In this document: in pieces, positions 54,336 through 64,000 of the stretch | Position numbering within the stretch: the first letter of the stretch is position 1 | Layout: each line of letters opens with the position of its first letter | Source: Felis catus | Taxonomy: Eukaryota | Assembly: GCF_018350175.1 (NCBI RefSeq) | Contig: NC_058373.1 | Span: 102,364,001-102,428,000, forward strand | Reading direction: 5' to 3' | DNA: 64,000 bases | Position numbers and translations under genes: made by a program | The notes under the pieces: generated by a model | Database searches by the model: none | Told to the model about the DNA's origin: nothing | What the model saw: only the letters and a program-made list of their open reading frames with translations

Positions 54336-55844
54336 TGTTTAATGTTTATTTATTTTTGAGAGAGAGAGAGAGAGAGAGACAGAGTGCGAGTGGCAGAGGA
54401 GCAGAGAGAGGAGGGAGAATTTGAAGCATGCTCCATGTTCTGAGCTGTCAGCACAGAGCCCAATGAGGGGTTCAGACTCACAAACCGTGAGATCATGACC
54501 TGAGCCAAAGTCAGACACTCAGCTTACTGAGCCCACCCAGGCAGGAGTCCAGGGCCTTTGTGATTATTTTAAAATAAAATACATAGGTCTACAAAGAGAA
54601 GCAATTGTATTAAAATACCATTATCAAAATACTTCTTAAAAATTATAAGATAGTATTGCTTCTTTGTTAAATAATAAGATTTAGTATGGGTCTAATAATT
54701 TCCAAGTAGTGATAAACATTGGCATTATTTGTAAGTGCAAGCAATGATAATGTGATATGAAACTATCTGTGATTTCTGCTGGTGACAGAGTGACTGGTAT
54801 TGCAGAATATTGTGGTCTGTTGACTGAATTCACAAAAGGGCATGCTAAATTTCAGTTAAATTAAGTTCAGTAAAATTAAAGATATCTTCTCCCTCTCATC
54901 TTAGCTTCTAGACAGCCTGAGTTCTATACCCAAACTTTTTGGGGCATCTGTGTGCTTCAGCTTAAGAACTATAGCTTGAAGAGAGTTTCTCTTCCCAGGA
55001 GCCCCAGCAGATAGATGTCTTCATGAATCTCATTGACTTTGGGTCATATTGACATTTCTGAACCAACTAGTAAGGCCAGAAATATTTGGTAACTAGTTTA
55101 GACAGCCTGAACCTACCCCTGGAGCTGAGGTTAGGTTCATTCCTACCTAAACAGCATGATGGCTTAGCTTTTTTTTTTTTTTTTCCCTGAGGGAAAGTCA
55201 GGGGCCACAGGGTGCTAAATAACAAATAGTAGATGTCCAATATGTCATCCTTAATTCATCCCCTCTCCTTTGCTCCCATAGTCCATCAGTCATCACATTT
55301 TAGTGAATTTTTCATTTGGATTTGTCTTTCCCTGATCAAAGTCTCTGTTAACATCCTGGCCTCCAAATTGGAGCATATGGGATAGTCCATTGGGTTGCAA
55401 AAAGAAAAGTATTAGAACTTATAGTTATTTTTGCATACTTTTAGTATTTTTGTGTATGTTTTATACCATATGTAAAATAAAGAAGTTCAGTAGTACATGC
55501 ACATATGTAAAATATAGAAGTATGTATGTATTTATTTTTATTAAAAATTGTTTTTAATGTTTATTTTTGAAGGAGAGCCAGAGCATAAGAGGAGGGAGGG
55601 GCAGAGAGAGAGAGGGAGACACAGAATCAGAAGCAAGCTCCAGGCTCTGAGCTGTCAGCACAGAGCCTGGTGCGGGACTGGAACTCACTGACTGTGAGAT
55701 CATGACCTGAGCCGAAGTCGGACGCTCAACTGACTGAGCCACCCAGGCTCCCCTAGAAATATATACATATTTATGTGGGTACATGTTAAAATTGTTTCAA
55801 ATCATGGGAATGGGAGGGTCAGAAAAGTTGAGATAACCATAGAG

Positions 55845-56155
55845 CAGTGCCTTTTAGTAGAAATATAATGTGAGCCGTATGTAATTTAAAATTTTCTAGT
55901 TCACCACATTAAAAAAGGTAAAAGCATCTGAAAATAATTTTAGTATGTTATTTAACATAATATGTCCTAAACACCATGATTTCAACATGTAATCAATATA
56001 AAAAATTAATGAGATAGTTTGCATTCTTTTTTTCATGTCAAGTCTGAAATTTGATGTTCATTTTACATGTAAATCTCATCTCAGTTCAGACTGGTGATTT
56101 CAGATGCTCATTAACCACATGTGGCTAGTGGCTTCTGTAGTGGATAGTACAGATC
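55845..56155. mobile_element. MER33/MER3-like hAT-Charlie element
   Basis: agaaatataatgtgagccgtatgtaatttaaaattttctagt...ctcattaaccacatgtggctagtggcttctgtagtggatagtacag. Confidence 0.7.
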
Positions 56156-59100
56156 TAGACCAATAGATTATTCTCGGTTTAGATTTCTGTAATTGTCTCT
56201 GTGTAGTTTTCATAAATCCATTATTCTCTTCAGTTTTTTTGTGCACTTGCTGGGTCAATTGAACAAAAACCCCACTGGGATGTTACTTTCCTGCATCACA
56301 TTTAACAGCTTTTTAAAAACTTTCCTTTTATTTTTTTGAGAGTGTGTGTGCAAGCAGGGGAGGGGCAGAGGGAGAAGGAGGGAGAGAATCTTAAGCACGC
56401 TTCACGCCCAGTGTGGATCTGATGAGGCTCAATCCCATGAGTCTGGGATCATGACCTGAGTTAAAATCAAGAGTCGGATGCTCAACTGACTGAGCCACCC
56501 AGGCACCCCTTAGCTTTTAAGACTTTCCCTAAGATAGTCTGTCCTATCTTTCTTCCTCACATGTTTCTAGGACTGCCTGCAACAAACCTGGGGTTCAATT
56601 AAGTAGTTTCCTCAGCTTTGCCTTCCCTTTCTATTTCTTCAGATGTAATCATTCATTATGAGGAGTCTGTTCCCATAAAACCTCCTTGGACTCTCCAATC
56701 CCTCTGCAGTTTATTTTTCGAACTCCCACTGTGTATATTGAGTACTCAGCCACTTAGCACTTTAGCACTTCATCATATACTGTTGTTTACTGTTCTCTAA
56801 TTGCTTCCTGTGTGTCATTAGGTTTATCTCCCTTAGTAAATGCTAAGCTTCATATCTTATGTCTCTAAATTGTAGATACATAAAGACCTAGTTTCCCCCC
56901 CCCCCCCCAGTCTTTAAGGATATACCTGGGCTATTTAAATTTATAGCTTTAAATTTTTTGAAATTCTGTTTTGTTTTCTACTCTGCTGGTTAACTTAGAC
57001 ACTAGCAGATTCAGTGGTAGGAGTTTGTGTATTGAAATGTTTATTTGGTTCTTGAAAATGAAAGAATTTAATTTGATTTATAAAGTAGTGTACTTGAAGC
57101 TGTAAGATCATTCTTGGAACTATAGTAAGGAATTATTGATTAGCTAGAGTTTCTGAAGATGAAATTTGAGTTTGATTAGGAAGTCTCAAAGGACACATTT
57201 GCTCTATTGTCCAGGAACCAAGAGTGGCAAACTTGTTTTCCTAAGTAGGACAAGAGATTTTATTTCAAGTTCAGTCATCAGGATTATTCTCTGGAGGTTC
57301 TCGGCACTTTCTACACACTAGTCACTTCAGCCCTAGGGGATTGGTTTCTCTAGTGGAGCAGTCTTTTAGATGAAGAGCTTTTCTGCCATCCATAATGTTT
57401 TAGCTCATTTGGATTACTACAAAGAGGACTACGAAAATGGATCCTGAAAATATGTCTGAAGAAGATCATACGGCTTTATGCTTTAGGAATCCTATCTTTC
57501 ATTTGATATTAATCTTACAAACTGTGAGATCATGACCTGAGCCAAAATCAGTTAACCTATTGAGCCCTAAAATATATTAACTTCTGGAAGTTCACATTTT
57601 TCTTTTATTATCAGGAGGTTGTAAGTTTTCCTGAAATTAAAACATAACTTTACATTCTAGTTGCATATATTTGTAAGACTGCATAGTATAAAATATTTTT
57701 ATAATTTTTATACTTTGATAATGTTTATTTAACATTAAAAAAAAAAGTCTTAAATTTTTTTTTTTACATGTATTTATTTTTGAGAGACAGAGCACACGTG
57801 GGAGGGGCAGAGAGAGAAGGAGACAGAATCGAAAGCAGGCTCCAGGCTCTGAGCTGTCAGCACAGAACCCGACATGGGTCTTCAACTCACAAACATTGAG
57901 ATCATGATCTGAGCCGAAGTCGGACGTTCAACCAACTGAGCCACCCAGGCGCCCCGTTAAAAAACAAACAAACAAAAAAAACCTTCTTAATTGGCTTCTT
58001 CAATAAGTCCATCAGTTATTAATCTTTGTTTCCTGTAGAATCAGATAAAAATTTATTACGTTGTTTATACCATGAAAAAAGTAACAGGATTAACATATGC
58101 AAATTTTAAGTGTTGAGAAAAGAAAACCACGGAAGGTCAGTTTGATAAATTTCTCAGAAATCTTCATTGTATTTCAGTTTATAATCTGATTCACAGACTT
58201 TCATAGTTACTATTTGTAACTGTTTATAATCTATACTTCCCTAGCAAGAAAGAACCTTTTGTATGATTCTTTCAGCTAATCTGAGAAAAAGCCTGTTGGC
58301 CTTTTTTGATTTAGCTAGTTGCTTTTGTTTGTTCTTAATGAAAGCAGATAATGAGAAATTAAAAGATAAATAATATGTTTCTAGCAGTAGAATGCCCCCA
58401 ATGCTTCTCTTTTTGGTTAAAATGGTTTCTTGTCTTTTTTCCTTGAAAGAAGAGTTCTCCGCACTGCCCTTACCTTTTCCCTCCTTTCACCATTTTCTTT
58501 TGTCATTTTTGTGTCTAGTGGTTTTTGGGTAATTAGTCCAGTGAGAGATCATGTTGAAACTAAAGTCAATATAAGTCTTCAAATCATTAAAATTTGCATA
58601 TATGAAAATTTCAAAAAATTTAAATAGAATATTTAGTAGGATTAAAGAACATTTATATTTTGGGTAGGTAATGTGTTCATGGTTCAAAATGCAAAAGGTG
58701 TAAAAAGTGAGTTTTCTCCTCCCCTGTCTGTTGGGCACACTTTTCCTCTCACTGGAGGCAACAGTTCTATTCTCCCTACTTTTTAAAAAAATGCAAATGT
58801 ATTCTACATACTACCAGATGGACTTTTACTTGATTTTTGTCCTATACATATTGTTATATGAAGAGTGTATTATTAGTGATAGAACTAAACTAGCAGTGGG
58901 TTAACGAACAAAGTTCTCTTATAAAAATTCAGGTAGTTGGTCTAGGGCTGGTATAGCATTCGTGGTATTTCTCTCTCTGTTTTGTTTGGAGGCATAATGA
59001 ATACAGTAAATTGCACAGACATTAAACAGTTTGATGAGTTTTAACAATTGTATATAACAAACCCTGCGGTTAAGAGAGCCCTCTAGTCTGGTCCTTATTC

Positions 59101-59312
59101 CTTCCCCCACTCCTTGGTTCTTTCCATACTATTACTGCTCCACTGTTGCCTAGTGTGCTCATTGAGCTAGTTGAATCTCCAGCCATTGCAGCCCATTCCA
59201 CGCCGCAGGATGCAAGAAGGGACGAAGGTTACATGCCAGCCTTTTTACAGGAAGATTTCTAGAGCTGCCGCTTCGCAACATTTTTAATGTTTCATTAGCC
59301 ATACCCATAAAT

Positions 59313-61790
59313 AAAGGCGTTTCTTGTTTTACTACCCTTCATTTTATTGCACTTTGCAGATTTTGCATTTTTTACAAATTGAATGTTTGTGGCAACTTGG
59401 TGCCATTTTTCCAACAGCGTTTGATCAGTTTGTGTGTTAGTGTCACATTTTGGTAATTTTTCCGTATTTCAGACTTTTTCATTATTATATTTGGGTGATT
59501 TGTGATGAGTGATCTTTGATGTAATTGTTTTGGGGTGCCATGAACTGTGCCCGTATAAGATGGTGAACGTAATAAATGTGTGTTCTGGCTGCTCCACTGA
59601 CCAACCGTTCCTCTGTTTCTCCCTCTCCTCGGGCCTCCCTGTTGCCTGAGACACAATATTGAAATTAGGCCAGTTAATAACCTTACAGTGACCTCATAGT
59701 GTTCCGAGTGAAAGGAAGAGTTGCACATCTCTCACTTTTAAATCAAAAGCTAGAAATGATTAAGCTTAGTGAAAAAGGAATGTCCAGAGCTGAGACAGAC
59801 GGAAAACTAGGCCTCTTGTACCACACAGCCAAGATTTGAATGCAGAGGAAAAGTTCTTGAGGAAATTAAAAGTGTTAACTCCAGGGAACATAGGAATGGT
59901 GAGAAAACAAAACAGCCTTATTATAATAGCTGATATGAAGATAGTTAGTGGTCTGGACAGATCAAACCACCTGCAACATTCCCTTAAGCCAAAGCCCAAT
60001 CCAGAGCAAGGTCCTCACTTCAATTCTTTGAAGGCTGAAAGAGGTGACAAAATTGCAGAAGAAAAGTTTGAAACTAGCTGAGGTTGGTTAATGAGGTTTC
60101 AAAAGCCACCTTGATAATCTAAAAGTGAGAAGTAAAGTAAAGCAACAACTGCTGATGTAGAAGCTGTAGTAAGTTACCCAGAACATGGAGGTAAGATGAT
60201 TAATGAAGGTGGCTACACTCAATAACACATTTTCAATGTAAATGAAATAGCTTTATAGTGGAAGAAGATGCCTTTTAGGACTTTCATAGCTAAAGAGAAG
60301 TCCATGCCTGGCTTCAAGTCTTCAAAGGACAGGCTGACTCTCTTGTTAGGGGCTAATTCTAATGATGATTTTAAATAGAAGCCAGTGCTCATTTACCATT
60401 CCAAAAATCCTGGGTCCTATGCTCTATACATGGAACAAAAAAGCCTGGATAATAGCAGATCTGTTTACAACATGGTTTACCAAATATTTTCAGTCTACTA
60501 GTGAGTGAGACCTACTGCTCAGATATTAAAATATCACAGCTGTGATGGCGATGTACTATGAGATTAATGTTTTCATGACTGCTAATACAACATCCGTTCT
60601 GTGGCCCATGGATCAAGGAGCCATTTCTATTTTCAAGTCTTTATTTTTATTTTTTAATTTTTATTTATTTATGGTTTTTTTTTTTCAAGTCTTTGTATTT
60701 AAGAGATCCATTTTGTAAGGCTGTAGCTGCCATAGATAGTGATTCCTCTGATGGATTTGGGCAAAGTAAAATTGAAAACCTTCTGGAAAGAAGCCACCAT
60801 TCTAGATGCTATTAAGAACATTTGTGATTCCTGGGAAGAAGTCAGAATATCAACATTAACAGGAATCTAGAAGAAGTTGATTCTAACCCTCATGGATAAC
60901 TTTGAGGGTTCAAGACTTCAGTGGAGAAAGTAACTGCAGAGGTAGCAGAAACAGCGAGAGAACTAGAATTAGAAGTACAGCCCGAAGATGGGACTGAACT
61001 GCTGCAATCTCAGGATAAAACTTGAATAGGTGAAGAGTCGCTTATTATACATGAGCAGAGAAAGTGGTTTCTTGGAGTGGAATCGACTTCTGGTGAAGAT
61101 GTAAAGATTGTTGAAATGACAACAAACGGTTTAGAATATTACGTCAACTTAGTTGATAAAACAGCAGTAGGTTTTGAGAGGATTGACTCCAATTTGTAAA
61201 GGAGTTCAAGCAGCATGCTCCTTTGTAAAAGGAAGAGTCAGTATGGCAAACTTCATTGTTGTCTTATTTTAAGAAATTGCCTGATCAGAAGTATCCTGAT
61301 CAGTCAGCAGCCATCAACATAGAGGTTAAGACCCTCTGCCAGCAAAGAAGATTAAGACTTGCTGAAAGCTCAGATGATGGTTAGCATTTTTTAGAAATAT
61401 TTTTAATTTTTTTTTTCAACGTTTATTTATTTTTGGGACAGAGAGAGACAGAGCATGAACGGGGGAGGGGCAGAGAGAGAGGGAGACACAGAATCGGAAA
61501 CAGGCTCCAGGCTCCGAGCCATCAGCCCAGAGCCTGACGCGGGCCTCGAACTCACGGACCGCGAGATCGTGACCTGGCTGAAGTCGGATGCTTAACCGAC
61601 TATGCCACCCAGGCGCCCCAGAAATAAAGTATTTTTAAATTAAGGTATGTACAATGCTTTTGCATACTTAATAGACTACACCATAGCATAAACTTAACTT
61701 TTATATGCACTAGAAAAGCAAAAAATTCATTTGACTTGATTTTGGCATTTGCTTTATTGCGGTGGTCTGGAACTGAACTGCACTATCTCC
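59313..61790 (+). mobile_element. Near-full-length Tigger1 (TcMar) DNA transposon fossil with decayed transposase; young SINE inserted at ~61400-61619
   Basis: 5' ttttattgcactttgcagattttgcattttttacaaattgaatgtttgtggcaac; internal tcaaaagctagaaatgattaagcttagtg and aaggacaggctgactctcttgttaggggctaat; 3' gctttattgcggtggtctggaactgaactgcactatctcc; ORF remnant NAEEKFLRKLK...RKQNSLI..ADM. Confidence 0.92.
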
Positions 61791-62867
61791 CAATATCACA
61801 TACTTCACAGTAAACTGACAGGAAGACAAGCGAGTAATGTGTTTTTCAGGAGTTTCTCTCTTAAATGTAGAATAGGGCACAAGGTTAAAATGCTTTTTTT
61901 TTTTGCCTTTTATTTTCTCTTGTACATTCCTTAACATGTAGAAACTTAAATCTTAAAGTACCCTTTAACTTAATTGGGGAAAAAGAAAGTAATCAACAAA
62001 TCTATTCCATTTAGTTCCTTTTCTATAATAAAAATTTCTTGTGTTTCTCTTAACTTTCTGAGTTTCTTTTTTCTCCCCAAAGGTGGTTTATTTTAAGAGA
62101 GAGAGAGCCATGCACGTGTGTGCACATGCGTGCATGGGGGAGGGGTAGAGAGAATCCCAAGCAGGCTCTGCACTGGCAGCGCAGAGCCAGATATGGGGCT
62201 TGAACTCAGGAACTGTGAGATCATGCTGAGCCAAAACCAAGAGTTGGATGCTTAACCACCTGAGCCACCCAGGTGCCCCAACTTTCTATGCTTCTGTTCT
62301 CCATTTGCTATGTGGGCTCAGATAAATTATATAAATATATTCTACTAACTTGTAATTTTTTTATAGAATAATATTTTTAAAATAGGTTTTTAACTCTATA
62401 AAATAAGCTTTTGGTGGGAACTTCAGGAAAAAATTTCATAGTAATTTTCCATACAACCAGGTGGTATTATGAGCTGCACTTACTTTTGAAGTAGGAAATA
62501 ACATTAGAAAAAAGGATGTATGCATATGTTTTCCCAAACCACATGATGATGTCTTGGAGAGCAGAGCCCTCTTTCTTAGCTATCATGGCACAGACCATTG
62601 AACCTTGCACTTGGTAGATCTTTTTTTTTTTTTTTTTTTGAATTGAAGTGAATCTTGGGAAAGTGGTAGAAAAATGATTAGACTGTCAGTAGCAATGTGT
62701 TAGTCCTTCAAGGGCAGTGGGGAGAAGCTATTAGAATAATGTCATTGTTAGTACTTTTGAAATTATCATCTATTTAGGTAAAGAAACTTAAAGGGCCAAT
62801 GTCTATGCTCTAAAGATAGAGACTTTAAGATTTAGTATGGTATCCTCCCATTTTATCTTGAGGTCAA

Positions 62868-62896
<29 letters not shown>
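62868..62896. repeat. (TTG)n microsatellite
   Basis: Read directly; source of the polyQ and polyT ORF-track peptides. Confidence 0.95.
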
Positions 62897-62898
<2 letters not shown>

Positions 62899-63127
62899 TA
62901 AGCAATGAAGCTCTGATAAGCCAATGAACAGGAAAACAAAAATATTCCCTATACTTGTAGTTGTAGTCCTCCTCGGGCCCCTTCCTGAGGTCTTCATAAT
63001 TTGGAATAGAAAGTGGTGCCTGCCATGTTCCTTCCTGTGTCCTTAGCATGAAAGCAGTGCCTAGCACATAGTTGGTGTTCAGTTCGGTAAACATTTGTTG
63101 AATGAAAATTTATAAATTGATTTCTTT

Positions 63128-63180
63128 TTTAAAATTTAAATCCAAGTTAGCATACAGTGTGATAATGATTTCAGGAATAG
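63128..63180 (-). mobile_element. Extremely 5'-truncated L1 (~53 bp) with 16-bp TSD
   Basis: Matches the L1 3' terminus seen at ~41612-41667; TSD ataaattgatttcttt at 63112-63127 and 63181-63196. Confidence 0.85.
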
Positions 63181-64000
63181 ATAAATTGATTTCTTTCATT
63201 TGATTTTGCTAGCACAGATTTTCTGGGCAGAGAGGGAGATACTGTTGAGGGACCAAATAGCAATAGCTGACATTTTTGCTTATTTGTTAGGTAGTGGTGA
63301 TGGTATTAATCAGGTAGGCTTATGTTAGGATTTGCATTGTCCTTTCCCTGTGCCTAGAACACTTTTCTCTTAGGTAAATCTTCATGCCTAACTTACTACC
63401 TACCTCCTCCGAATCTCTTATATATCACCTTCTTAAGCCTGTACTGATCACTGTTAAGTATTTTTTTTGAAATTTAATTTTTTTGAAGTTTGTTTTGAGA
63501 GAGAGAGAGTGTGTGTGTATGTGTGAGCAGGATAGGGGGGAGAGAGAGGAAGAGAGAGAGAATCCCAAGCAGTCTCCACACTGTCAGCACGGAGCCTGAT
63601 GCGAGGCTGGAACTCAAGAAACATGAGTTCGTGACCTGAGCCGAAATCAAGAGTCGGTCAGTTAACCAACTGACCTACCCAGGCACCCCTGACCACTCTG
63701 TTTAAAATGGTAACTGCTTCTCTCTCCTTGTACTTCCAAGTTTCCTTATCTTAGTCTGTTTTTTCCCATAACAACTACCTCCTTGAAACATATACTGTAT
63801 AATTTACTTATGATTATTATTTACTGTCTCACCACCAGTGGTAGTTCCTTTAGGGGCTTTGACTATTTGTCCACTGTGTTCTACGTGCCTCATAAATGCT
63901 CAGCAAGCATTTGAGAGAGTATGCACACGAGTAGGAGAGGTGCAGAGGGAGGGAGAGAGAGAATCTTAAACAGGCTCCACACTCAGTACAGAGGCTGATG

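Noticed and set aside
59836..60081. Active or domesticated Tigger transposase
   Set aside because: The frame is broken by many stops, frameshifts and deletions.
62803..63094. PolyQ/polyT-containing proteins
   Set aside because: Translations of a (TTG)n microsatellite.

Overview
Mammalian genomic DNA, most likely from a felid, because the young CAN-SINEs resemble the cat SINEC_Fc type. It is about 46 kb of repeat-rich, apparently intergenic sequence, followed by a CpG-island promoter (~46.6-47.5 kb) and a probable first intron of a gene I cannot identify. I found no intact protein-coding exon. Recognisable content: roughly 55 CAN-SINEs, L1/L2/MIR/MLT/MER relics, a near-full-length Tigger1, a full-length PSMC1 processed pseudogene with poly(A) and TSD, a degenerate 28S rRNA fragment, and an old CTAGE5/MIA2 retrocopy. 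Two structural signals stand out. (1) The CTAGE5/MIA2 retrocopy is split into oppositely oriented halves by a ~3.4 kb inversion (28441-31853). Its breakpoints lie in two inverted SINEs with swapped target-site duplications, and it also splits a MER5 end. (2) A 451-bp inverted repeat (20978-21428 / 22545-22995) has a nearly identical core but diverged edges, which suggests arm-to-arm gene conversion. Repeat subfamily names come from visual recall of consensus sequences and need RepeatMasker/Dfam confirmation. I see no evidence of a novel enzymatic or defence system; the novelty is in genome-rearrangement history.
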